32,000 nucleotides of DNA from a cyanobacterium endosymbiont of Epithemia turgida isolate EtSB Lake Yunoko (GTDB lineage Bacteria > Cyanobacteriota > Cyanobacteriia > Cyanobacteriales > Microcystaceae), in NCBI RefSeq assembly GCF_000829235.1, contig NZ_AP012549.1:2100001-2132000 (forward strand), read 5' to 3'. The position numbers and the translations under genes are program-made. Shown here one piece after another: positions 7,953-17,777 of this stretch; within the stretch, counting starts at the first letter, position 1, and each line of letters begins with the position of its first letter. The notes beneath the pieces were generated by a model, which saw only the letters and a list, made by a program, of their open reading frames with translations, searched no databases and was not told the DNA's origin.

Positions 7953-9335
7953 TTAATTATGACTCAAGACTGATAGATAATGAGGGGTGTTAGCTTCTTC
8001 ATTTAACAAAATATTGCCAACATCGAACAGAAACCGCATTGTTCCACGGTATCCAACTAAACACCGTTGACCATTACCTAATTGATCAAAGACTGGATAT
8101 CCCATACGATATAAGGGAGTATTTAAGCGTTCCGCTAAAGCAGTTCCATGGGAATTGGTAATAATTAAATCCGATTCAACTGCCAAATCCTCTAAGTCTT
8201 CTAAGTCACCAATGGTAACAGTACCGATAGGTAAATCTTCCAAAATTGAGGACTTAGTGGTAGTAACTGCCGCGTAAACCTTAGCACCCATATCATTAAG
8301 TAACCAAGCAGTTTGATAGAGTAAATCTGGTTCAAGAGCTAAAGCTATCTTTTTACCTCCAAAATAAAAATGGGTATCGAGGATAGTATCTTGAAGTTGA
8401 CAGCGTTGGCGTTGAAATAACGCAGGGATATTAGGAATAATGGGGAAATGGTGGTCGCAGCGAGAAGTAACAATTTGAGACAAACGCCACAAGAAGCTAT
8501 CAACCGCTTCTAGACCAGCTAAGCGAGGGAAGACTTCATACTTTGTACCGAAACGTTCCTCTAATATTTTAGCTGCTCCGCGCATACTTTCCCCAACTGC
8601 TAGGGTAAAACTTGAACGAGGCAATGATCTTAACTGAGCAACTGTTGTTCCCCCTCCAGTGATAGTTTGGTATCCATCTTCAAGATGTCCATCAAGAGAT
8701 CTCGATAAATCGGGAATAGCTAAAGGGGTCAAGCCAAATGCTTCAACAATTTCCTTGATTTCTTCCATATCTCCTGGAGAGACAAAAGAACCAGGCAAAA
8801 TATTAACCTGAGGTTGGGGATAGACTACCGAACTGATAGAAGATTTTCCAGGGAAGGAATTGTAATCTAAGGTGACAATCTGCTCTACCGCAGAGGCAAA
8901 ACCATCTTGTAAAGAGCCGTTATAATCCGGGGTAGAAACATAAACGATAGGCAAATTGTTCAGTTCTGGGTGACGTTCCCGAATAGTTTTGAGAATGCGT
9001 TTCATATCATCCCCACGCGTCTCTGTTAGCCCCGTGGTGAGCAACCCAATAATATCAGGGTTATTGTTCTCAACAATGGTTAAAATTGCCTGTTCAACGT
9101 TTTCCTCGCCTCCTAAGATAGTCGTTACCTCCGTCATAGCGGTGGTTGATAAGGGAATAGCTTCACGGAAATGACGTACTAGGACAACCTTGGCAAACGC
9201 GGCACAGCCTTGAGCCCCGTGAAACAAAGGCATCATTCCCTTTAATCCCAAAAATGCTAAGGAAGCGCCCAATGGTTGACTCATTTTGAGGGGATTGACA
9301 GACAGAGATTTGTTGGCATTAACAACAGTGGTCAT
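7953..9335 (-). CDS. nifN: Nitrogenase FeMo-cofactor scaffold protein NifN
   Basis: 460 aa, NifK-like fold (NPLKMSQPLGASLAFLGLKGMMPLFHGAQGCAAF...). It follows nifE. Confidence 0.95.
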   Translation of the reverse strand: MTTVVNANKSLSVNPLKMSQPLGASLAFLGLKGMMPLFHGAQGCAAFAKVVLVRHFREAIPLSTTAMTEVTTILGGEENVEQAILTIVENNNPDIIGLLTTGLTETRGDDMKRILKTIRERHPELNNLPIVYVSTPDYNGSLQDGFASAVEQIVTLDYNSFPGKSSISSVVYPQPQVNILPGSFVSPGDMEEIKEIVEAFGLTPLAIPDLSRSLDGHLEDGYQTITGGGTTVAQLRSLPRSSFTLAVGESMRGAAKILEERFGTKYEVFPRLAGLEAVDSFLWRLSQIVTSRCDHHFPIIPNIPALFQRQRCQLQDTILDTHFYFGGKKIALALEPDLLYQTAWLLNDMGAKVYAAVTTTKSSILEDLPIGTVTIGDLEDLEDLAVESDLIITNSHGTALAERLNTPLYRMGYPVFDQLGNGQRCLVGYRGTMRFLFDVGNILLNEEANTPHYLSVLSHN

Positions 9336-9421
9336 TTTAGTTAAAAGTTAAGCATGTGATAGTTAAGCGTTGATGGTTAGTAGTTACTAGCTGGTTGGAG
9401 AACTTTCCTCTTTACTATTCC

Positions 9422-10834
9422 CTATTCCGCTTCGAGATTGAGTAGTCCTTCGTGTTCCTGCTGCCAAATTTCCCAAGGAGCCGGTTTACGAACCTGTTGC
9501 CAAATAGGACTGTGCACTGCTTCGTCTAATTCCCTAGCCATTTCAATCATTCCTACATAGCCCGCATAAGGATGATGACGTTCTTGGTTAATATCTAAAA
9601 AAGGTATCCTCGCTTTGAGTGCAGTATATTGATTTCGACCCCCTGCTACCAATAAATCTGCATTCGTTTGTTCTATAACCTGTAATAGCTCCGTTGCATT
9701 ACCATCTTGAAGCATAATACCGTCTTTGCCTAAAAGTTGCCTAATTTTTGCTTTATCTTCCTCTGTACTCTTCTTAGTGCTGGTTGCCACTACTTCTATT
9801 CCTAAATCTTGTGCTGCAGAGACAATAGACCAACTTTTGACTCCTCCAGTGTAGAGAACCATTCGCTTACCCTTAAGGCGATTACGATAAGGGACTAATG
9901 CTTTATCTAACTGCTCAGTTTCAGTTTTAATCAATTCTTCAACCCGTTCTTGCAAAGCAAGATTGCCCAATTTTGCGGCGATATTGCGTAAACAACGATT
10001 CATGTCTACAATGCCGTAAAATGACTCCTCAATATAAGGAATGTTGTAACGTTCCTCCATTGCTGTCGCCATGTTAATTAAAGCTTTGGAGCAAATCATT
10101 ACATTGAGTTTGGCGCGATGGGAATAACACACTTCTTCATAACGTGCATCCCCTGTGATTTTTGCCATCACTCGAATACCGACTTTCTCAAATAGAGGCA
10201 AAACACCCCACATTTCCCCGGCAACGTTATATTCCCCAATCAAATTGATATCATAATCAGTAGTATATTCTGGCTCACGGGTTCCGACAACGTATTGCAA
10301 CAATGCGTCTCCGCCGAGACGATTTCCTAGGTTTTTACTACCCACAAAACCAGGGGAATGAACAGGAATAACAGGGGTTTTATACTTAGCCGTAGCGGCT
10401 TTACAAACTGCATCCAAATCATCCCCAATTAAAGCAGTAACACAAGTAGAATAGACAAAAACAGCTGCTGGATTATAGCGTTTTACCAATCGAGCGATCG
10501 CCTTATAAAGCTTTTTTTCGCCCCCAAAAATAACATCATTTTCTGATATATCCGTGGTAAATCCCATTTTATAGGTCATCGGTCCACTGCTGAGACTGCC
10601 GCGACTATTCCAGCTATTACCCGAACAAGCGATAGAACCGTGAACCAAATGAGCCGCATCTGTGATAGGAACTAAAGCGATAGACGCTCCGTCAAAGGCA
10701 CAACCTCCCTGAGCCGCCCCAGGTTTAGCTTGTTGTTTACAGGATTTGTTTTTTACTGGACCTTCCTTGTTATGGTTATGTTCGCAACCAGGTTGGGTAA
10801 GTAGTTCCGAGATTTTGCCTTTCGTAAGTTTCAT
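9422..10834 (-). CDS. nifE: Nitrogenase FeMo-cofactor scaffold protein NifE
   Basis: 470 aa, NifD-like (GCAFDGASIALVPITDAAHLVHGSIACSGNSW...). It follows nifK. Confidence 0.95.
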   Translation of the reverse strand: MKLTKGKISELLTQPGCEHNHNKEGPVKNKSCKQQAKPGAAQGGCAFDGASIALVPITDAAHLVHGSIACSGNSWNSRGSLSSGPMTYKMGFTTDISENDVIFGGEKKLYKAIARLVKRYNPAAVFVYSTCVTALIGDDLDAVCKAATAKYKTPVIPVHSPGFVGSKNLGNRLGGDALLQYVVGTREPEYTTDYDINLIGEYNVAGEMWGVLPLFEKVGIRVMAKITGDARYEEVCYSHRAKLNVMICSKALINMATAMEERYNIPYIEESFYGIVDMNRCLRNIAAKLGNLALQERVEELIKTETEQLDKALVPYRNRLKGKRMVLYTGGVKSWSIVSAAQDLGIEVVATSTKKSTEEDKAKIRQLLGKDGIMLQDGNATELLQVIEQTNADLLVAGGRNQYTALKARIPFLDINQERHHPYAGYVGMIEMARELDEAVHSPIWQQVRKPAPWEIWQQEHEGLLNLEAE

Positions 10835-11239
10835 GTTAATTGCCGCCTATTCTTGTTACCAATGACTAGTCTTAGTATAAGAGTGGGTGAGTGGATGAGT
10901 ATGAAATCGAGCTACTGCCTTTTGCTTTCTTACCAAAAAACACCTTTATCTGCATCTTCAGCATAGACATCGGTAAGATAGGTGAGAGCTCCGATGTATA
11001 AGTCACAAATTCTATCTCTATTTAGGTTTGAGTTTCTACAACAAAAGAATATAAGTAAGTCAGAATATGTCTAAATACAAAAATATCCCGGTCAAAGGAA
11101 CAGGTATAGGGAACCAACCCATAGATAGCATGAGTGATTTTAGCCTGTTTGACTTCGTAGAGAAAGAACCGAACTCAAAATTTGCTAAAAGTTTAAGAAA
11201 TAATAATTTCAAGTTACCGTAATTTTTTTACCATATCTA

Positions 11240-11308
11240 TCTGAAAAAGGAAGGAGAGAGGGAGAGGGATTCCTCCCTTAATCTTCCTAGATCTCTCTTC
11301 TTTTCAGA
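11240..11308 (-). promoter_or_regulatory. Long imperfect purine/pyrimidine stem-loop 12 nt after the nifK stop
   Basis: The plus-strand arms TCTGAAAAAGGAAGGAGAGAG (11240-11260) and ATCTCTCTTCTTTTCAGA (11291-11308) pair with three bulges. An inner AGGGA-ttcc-TCCCT hairpin is also present. No U-tract follows on the sense strand. Confidence 0.5.
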
Positions 11309-11319
11309 CTTTTATGTAA

Positions 11320-12855
11320 TTAACGAACTAAATCGAAAGAAATATCCGTTACAGAAGGAGTGTCAGTCTTACGATCTAACGCTTCAAGAAGCCCATTAGC
11401 AATCCAGTTAAGTAGGTTGATAGCACCTTCATACCCAATGGTGGAATAGCGATGTAAATGGTGGCGATCAAAAATAGGATATCCTATACGGATTAAAGGA
11501 ATCTTGGTATCACGCTCAAGATACTTGGCGTAAGAATTACCAATTAAGAAATCAACAGGTTCAGTGAACAGTAAAGAACGAAGATGCCATAAGTCCTTAC
11601 CAGCCCAAACAGTAGCTTGTTGTCCGAAGGGATTAGATTTTAGAAGAGCTTTAGCGTCAGCTTCAAATTCCTTAGTACTATTATGAACCAAAACATGAAC
11701 AGGTTCGATACCCATTTCTAACATGAACTGTAACAAGCCCATCACTAGGTCGGGATCTCCGTAAACTGCAGCACGCTTACCGTGTACCCAAGCTTGGGTA
11801 TCAGTCATTGCGTCAACTGCACGTCCACGAGCAATTTCAAGTTCTTTGGGGATAGGATTTCCGGTAAGTTCTGATAAGCCCATCAAGAACTTATCAGTAC
11901 CTTTAACACCCCAAGGAAGATATTTAAAGCACTTTTGCTGCCACTCTTTTTCAATATACTCAGCAGTCTTAGTAGTGGTATAAGTTTGAAGAAGAACAGT
12001 TGCTTCAGCATTAATGGATTCAGCAGCAACATCTAAAGGTGTTCCTTCTTGGTACATTTTGAACTCCCCTAAGTTGGGAGAATCAAGGTACATTTCGGTG
12101 TCACCTAGAATAGTAGCATTTATCCCCATGGCAGCCGTCAAGCTTTTGAGTTGACGAAGATTTCCCATGTAGGTCTCAAACCCAGGAATGAAGTTTATGG
12201 TTCCGTTGGTAGTTCCTTTTTTCTTGCCTTTAGTTAAGGTGGACAGGATAGCTTTCATCATGCTGTCATAACCGGTGATGTGGGAACCCACAAAACTGGG
12301 AGTATGAGCGTAAGGCACGGGAAAATCTTGAGGGATAGAACCATCCTGACGAGCAGTTTCGACAAATGCACCCAAGTCATCACCAATTACTTCTGCCATA
12401 CAAGTAGTACAGACAGCAATCATTTTGGGCTTATAAAGGGTGTAAGCGTTCAGTAAACCCTCAATCATGTTTTTCAATCCACCGAAAACAGCAGCGTTTT
12501 CAGTCATGGAAGAAGAAACAGCACTAACAGGCTCCTTAAAGTGACGAGTTAAGTGGGTACGGAAATAAGCCACACACCCCTGAGAACCATGAACGAAAGG
12601 AAGAGTTCCTTCAAAACCGACGGCGGCTAATAAAGCACCAATAGGTTGACAAGCCTTAGCGGGGTTTACCGTTAGAGCTTCACGGGCAAAGTTTTTTTCG
12701 CGGTATTCCCAAGTTTTTGTCCACTCAGCAATTTCTTGAACTTTTTCCGCAGAAGGCATTCCTTCAAACTGTTTCTTATTTTCAAACAGTTCTTTGTACT
12801 CAGGCTGGTGGAATAGATCAACGTGATCTTTAATGTTATCTACATTCTGAGCCAT
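11320..12855 (-). CDS. nifK: Nitrogenase MoFe protein beta chain NifK
   Basis: The NifK sequence starts MAQNVDNIKDHVDLFHQPEYKELFENKK...GSQGCVAYFR. The ATG at 12855 has an AGGAG SD about 10 nt upstream. The track ORF extends to 12933 only by reading through an intergenic tandem repeat. Confidence 0.95.
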   Translation of the reverse strand: MAQNVDNIKDHVDLFHQPEYKELFENKKQFEGMPSAEKVQEIAEWTKTWEYREKNFAREALTVNPAKACQPIGALLAAVGFEGTLPFVHGSQGCVAYFRTHLTRHFKEPVSAVSSSMTENAAVFGGLKNMIEGLLNAYTLYKPKMIAVCTTCMAEVIGDDLGAFVETARQDGSIPQDFPVPYAHTPSFVGSHITGYDSMMKAILSTLTKGKKKGTTNGTINFIPGFETYMGNLRQLKSLTAAMGINATILGDTEMYLDSPNLGEFKMYQEGTPLDVAAESINAEATVLLQTYTTTKTAEYIEKEWQQKCFKYLPWGVKGTDKFLMGLSELTGNPIPKELEIARGRAVDAMTDTQAWVHGKRAAVYGDPDLVMGLLQFMLEMGIEPVHVLVHNSTKEFEADAKALLKSNPFGQQATVWAGKDLWHLRSLLFTEPVDFLIGNSYAKYLERDTKIPLIRIGYPIFDRHHLHRYSTIGYEGAINLLNWIANGLLEALDRKTDTPSVTDISFDLVR

Positions 12856-12873
12856 TTTGTTTGGTAACTCCTG

Positions 12874-12921
12874 ATATGGGTAGGGTTGAATATCGATATA
12901 TGGGTAGGGTTGAATATCGAT
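12874..12921. repeat. Perfect 24-bp tandem duplication (x2) in the nifD-nifK spacer
   Basis: ATATGGGTAGGGTTGAATATCGAT occurs at 12874-12897 and again at 12898-12921. It lies directly upstream of the nifK ribosome-binding site. Confidence 0.95.
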
Positions 12922-13037
12922 CAATTGGCACACTTTACAAAGAGAGGGGGCGTTGGAGAGGTATGGAAGAAAATATCCCTACTCTCTCGTCTTTTTTTTA
13001 GTCCCCCATGCCTTCTTTCGTGTCTCTTTTTATCTCT

Positions 13038-14480
13038 TTATTTATTCCAAGGGGTGCCAACTAATCCCCAAGTAGGACTGTTAAGGGCTAAGTCCATGTC
13101 ACGGGCGAAGATAGCAAAACCATCATAACCGTGGTAAGGTCCTGAGTAATCCCAAGAGTGCATTTGACGGAAGGGAAGAGCCATCTTTTGGAAGACGTAC
13201 TTCTCTTTGACTCCAGAAGCTACTAAATCAGGCTTAAGTTTTTTGACGAATTCTTCGAATTCATAAGCGGTCGCATCATCATAGATGAGGGTCGCATCAT
13301 CAACATACTCAGTTGTACGTTTGTAGTCATCACCATGGGCAAACTCATACCCAGTTCCGATCATCTTCATACCTAAGTCTTGAAAAGCGGGAACAACGTG
13401 ACGAGGGCGTAGTCCACCAACCATCATCATGACAGTTTTACCTTCTAAACGAGGACGGTACTTTGCCAGGACGTCATCACACTGTTTTTGATACTTTTTG
13501 ATCACTTCTTCAGCTTTCGCTCGAATAGTATCATCAAAACGTTCAGCAATGGTGCGTAAAGATTCAGCAATCTTGGTAGGTCCAAAGAAATTATACTCTA
13601 ACCAGGGAATACCGTATTTTTCTTCCATATGACGACTGATGTAGTTCATGGAACGGTAGCAGTGGATGAGATTCAACTTAACGTTGGGAGTGGCTTTCAT
13701 TTCAGTGAAAGTACCATCACCAGACCACTGAGCCACAACGCGAAGTCCGATTTCTTCAAGAAGAATACGGCTAGACCAAGCATCTCCACCAATGTTGTAG
13801 TCACCAATGATGGCAACGTCATAAGGAGTACTTTCAAATCCTGATTCTGCGTTCTCTTTGTCCGCCGCGGGGAAAACCCAGTCACGGATCATGTCGTTAG
13901 CGATGTGGTGTCCTAAGGATTGAGAAACTCCACGGAATCCTTCACAACGAACAGGAACAACCGATTTTCCGATTTCTTTACTCTTAGCACGAGCAACAGA
14001 TTCAATGTCATCTCCGATTAATCCAACGGGACATTCTGACTGAACAGAAATACCACCATTGAGGGGAAATAACTCTTCTATTTCATCAACGATTTTACTG
14101 AGCTTTTTGTCTCCACCAAAAACGATATCCCGTTCTTGGAAATCGGAGGTAAAGTTCATGGTGCCGAAGGTATCGACTCCAGTAGTTCCAATATAGTAGT
14201 TACGACGACCAGACCAGGAATAGTAACCACAACCAACGGGACCATGGGAGATGTGGATCATATCCTTAATAGGACCCCAAACCACCCCTTTTGATCCAGC
14301 GTAAGCACACCCACGAGTGGTCATTACACCGGGTAGGGATTGTTTGTTGGACTTGACTCCACAATCATCTTTACCTTCTTCGTAGACGTTGAGGTGCTTC
14401 TCACGTTTTTTAGCGGTTTTCTCAGGGTATGTCGATAAGACATCCTTAATAAGCTTCTTATTCTCTTCTACTGTTGCCAT
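13038..14480 (-). CDS. nifD: Nitrogenase MoFe protein alpha chain NifD (uninterrupted)
   Basis: 480 aa with P-cluster and FeMo-co ligand contexts [17 protein letters not shown] and [16 protein letters not shown] with a GAGGAA SD. Confidence 0.97.
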   Translation of the reverse strand: MATVEENKKLIKDVLSTYPEKTAKKREKHLNVYEEGKDDCGVKSNKQSLPGVMTTRGCAYAGSKGVVWGPIKDMIHISHGPVGCGYYSWSGRRNYYIGTTGVDTFGTMNFTSDFQERDIVFGGDKKLSKIVDEIEELFPLNGGISVQSECPVGLIGDDIESVARAKSKEIGKSVVPVRCEGFRGVSQSLGHHIANDMIRDWVFPAADKENAESGFESTPYDVAIIGDYNIGGDAWSSRILLEEIGLRVVAQWSGDGTFTEMKATPNVKLNLIHCYRSMNYISRHMEEKYGIPWLEYNFFGPTKIAESLRTIAERFDDTIRAKAEEVIKKYQKQCDDVLAKYRPRLEGKTVMMMVGGLRPRHVVPAFQDLGMKMIGTGYEFAHGDDYKRTTEYVDDATLIYDDATAYEFEEFVKKLKPDLVASGVKEKYVFQKMALPFRQMHSWDYSGPYHGYDGFAIFARDMDLALNSPTWGLVGTPWNK

Positions 14481-14531
14481 GATGTTCCTCTGTAGAGTAG
14501 TAAAGTATTAGAAATTATCGAAAAAAGAGGG

Positions 14532-14607
14532 AAGGCAAAAGGATTAATTGTGAATTAATAGTTAATAGTTGTTCCCCTGATTACTATTTTCTATCTACTT
14601 TTGCCTT
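14532..14607 (-). promoter_or_regulatory. Nested stem-loops in the nifH-nifD spacer
   Basis: A perfect 10-bp inverted repeat AAGGCAAAAG (14532-14541) / CTTTTGCCTT (14598-14607) encloses a 7-bp ATTAATT-gtg-AATTAAT hairpin (14543-14559). Confidence 0.55.
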
Positions 14608-14635
14608 GGTGTTCCTCTATTCCAACTAAGCGAAA

Positions 14636-15544
<909 letters not shown>

Positions 15545-15565
15545 CTAGGGAAGTTTTGACCGTTT

Positions 15566-15638
15566 CTGACGTAAAAATGGGTCGCCAACTGATCGTTAGC
15601 TGCGGGATGTCCCATCGAACCCTTAATCTTTACGTCAG
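15566..15638 (-). promoter_or_regulatory. Stem-loop in the nifH leader, 58-130 nt upstream of the nifH ATG
   Basis: A perfect 10-bp inverted repeat CTGACGTAAA (15566-15575) / TTTACGTCAG (15629-15638) has an inner ATGGG/CCCAT helix (15577-15581 / 15611-15615). Confidence 0.55.
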
Positions 15639-15954
15639 GGCTGGGATTTCTTCCACTATAGAAGCTAACTCTTGGTTAAGAAAAGCTTCCCCCGAGAAGA
15701 GCAAAAGCTATAAAACTTCACTCACGGGGTGACGTTGTAGAGATTTAAACCAAACCTAACCATGGCTGTGTCATGAGCAAGTAGATAAACAACACTCGTT
15801 CGTGACCATCCTTGATGGTCGGCTATTTCTAAACGTCCGGCGCGAGAAGCGATGCCTATGGTGGAGATCGCTCTCGACCTTTTTGAATTAATGACATGGG
15901 CTTTTTTTGGGGTAGTTGATAATAAATAAATCGTTGATAGTTTATTCTATGTTG

Positions 15955-16386
15955 TTATACAGAAACGACGACTAATTCTGGAAAGATATGATATTTGGAC
16001 TCAATTGTATTTTTGGGGTGGCTGCACTGCTCGCACGAGAACCACAGGCTTCTTTGAGAGTGACTTTGACTAACTCTAGATCAAATAAGTCTATAAATTA
16101 AGTCTACATCCCCTCCATCTTGTGCTAAGGCTGGCTTAACTTCTTCTTCAAGAGTCTTTTTAATAAAGGTGATTTTTTGCAGATTTGTTAAAAATGTGGT
16201 ATGGGCAATTTTGGACTTAGATATTGCAACTTCTATTGCTTCTACTGCTATGGTTTGTTCTTGCACAATTTCAGCTTCAGCTAAAATGTCATCTGTAATA
16301 GCCTCCCCCGACTTTTTCTTCGTAATCGTTCCCTGATTTCGAGGATTGTGAAAGAATTCCATGACTTTGTCCGTGTAGTCCAACAT
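15955..16386 (-). pseudogene. nifU: nifU remnant: internal deletion, frameshifts and loss of the CxxC motif
   Basis: The N-terminus MLDYTDKVMEFFHNPRNQG is joined directly to the C-terminal Nfu region LTNLQKITFIKKTLEEEVKPALAQDGGDVDL. A stop occurs at 16081. Homology continues in other frames (DLFDLELVKVTLKEACGSRASSAA, then ELVVVSV* ending at 15955). About 430 bp remain, against roughly 900 bp expected. Confidence 0.85.
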
Positions 16387-16447
16387 TGTCTTTTCCTGCG
16401 TAAATCGTTGATATTTGTTGATAATAATTTTGTTTAGTGAATATCCA

Positions 16448-17647
16448 CTACTTAGTTAAGGCTGTCTGTTTTCGTTCGACAAGCAAACTGGCATCATCGC
16501 TAGTCCACGAAGACAAGGCACGGAGGCGATCAATATTTTCTGGCAGTACTTTAAGTACCTTCTGTATTTGATCATGAGTGGTAAAACGAGACAAACTAAA
16601 GCGAATGGAGCCGTGAAGCAACGTATGGGGAACTCCCATTGCTCGCAATACATGAGACGGTTCTAAGGACCCGGAGGTACAAGCAGAACCAGAGGAGGCA
16701 TAAATTCCATGTTGATTTAGGGATAAGAGAATAGCTTCTCCTTCAACGAATTTAAAGCCAATATTTGAGGTGTTGGGAAGCCTTTGCACTGCATGACCAT
16801 TAAGCACGGTATCAGGAATGGTTGTCAGTATAGTTTGTTCTAAATAATCTCGTAATTCTTTCTCCCCGCTTCCCATAAGATGAGACTCAGCTAACTCAGC
16901 CGCTTTTCCTAGGGCGATAATACCAGGAACATTTTCAGTTCCTCCACGACGGCCTCTTTCCTGCTGCCCACCAATCAGTAAAGGGTGAAATCTTGTGCCA
17001 CGACGCACATATAGAGCACCAATTCCTTTGGGAGCATGAATTTTATGACCAGAAAGAGTCAACATATCAATGCTGCTTTTACACATATTGAGGGGAATTT
17101 TTCCTACTGCCTGCACCGCATCAACATGAAATATTGCTCCGTATTTTTTGGACAGTTGCCCAATGTGTTCTATGGGAAAAATAACGCCAGTTTCATTATT
17201 AGCATACATCAGTGTGACTAACGCTGTGTTTTTGGTTAGAGATGCCTCAAACTCTGAAATATCTAACTGCCCTTGATTATCAACCGATAGATAAGTAACA
17301 GTATAGTCTTTACGTTCCAAACTTTTGCAAAGATTAAGAACTGCCGGATGTTCAACCCTACTAGTAATAATGTGACGTTTGTTGGGTTGAGCGAGAAGAG
17401 CAGCATGAATGGCGGCATTATCTCCTTCAGTCCCACAACTAGTAAAAACGATCTCAGAAGGTTCCGCACCTAACAAAGAAGCAACTTGTTCTCTACCGGT
17501 TTTAACTGCAAGCCCTACCTGCCTACCAAAGGTGTGCATACTAGAGGGGTTACCATAATAGAGGGTTAAATAGGGCAGCATAGCTGCAAGAACTTCTTCG
17601 TCAACTTGTGTAGTAGCGTTATTGTCAAGATATACACAGTCTTTCAT
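16448..17647 (-). CDS. nifS: Cysteine desulfurase NifS
   Basis: 399 aa, class V aminotransferase. It has the PLP-lysine context SGHKIHAPKG and the active-site loop SSGSACTSG. It lies between the fdxN and nifU positions. Confidence 0.95.
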   Translation of the reverse strand: MKDCVYLDNNATTQVDEEVLAAMLPYLTLYYGNPSSMHTFGRQVGLAVKTGREQVASLLGAEPSEIVFTSCGTEGDNAAIHAALLAQPNKRHIITSRVEHPAVLNLCKSLERKDYTVTYLSVDNQGQLDISEFEASLTKNTALVTLMYANNETGVIFPIEHIGQLSKKYGAIFHVDAVQAVGKIPLNMCKSSIDMLTLSGHKIHAPKGIGALYVRRGTRFHPLLIGGQQERGRRGGTENVPGIIALGKAAELAESHLMGSGEKELRDYLEQTILTTIPDTVLNGHAVQRLPNTSNIGFKFVEGEAILLSLNQHGIYASSGSACTSGSLEPSHVLRAMGVPHTLLHGSIRFSLSRFTTHDQIQKVLKVLPENIDRLRALSSWTSDDASLLVERKQTALTK

Positions 17648-17777
17648 CGCAAGGTACCCATAAATAAATTCTGTGTTCGAGCAACTAGCAGTTAAGTCGA
17701 GGACAGGAAGCAGACGTTAAAATCTCAGTTAAATCTTAATTACGCCTTGGAATAAAGAGTTTGAATAGACATTGACC

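Noticed and set aside
10493-10500. HIP1 octamer GCGATCGC inside nifE
   Set aside because: I noticed only this one copy in the window. It is a generic cyanobacterial repeat with no local significance. Its scarcity fits the AT drift but cannot be quantified by eye.
12856-12933. N-terminal extension of the nifK ORF (MCQLIDIQPYPYIDIQPYPYQELPNK)
   Set aside because: It is only the translation of the 24-bp intergenic tandem repeat. The conserved NifK N-terminus starts at the ATG at 12855, which has an AGGAG SD.
13038-14480. Checked nifD (and the fdxN position) for heterocyst-type excision elements or recombinase genes
   Set aside because: nifD is one continuous 480-aa frame, and no xisA/xisF-like ORF or large insertion is present. 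The fdxN damage is point mutations and small indels, not an element.
15605-15630. GGGTTCGATGGG (minus strand), resembling a tRNA T-arm
   Set aside because: The flanks do not form a 5-bp T-stem, and no acceptor or anticodon arms can be drawn. It is not a tRNA.
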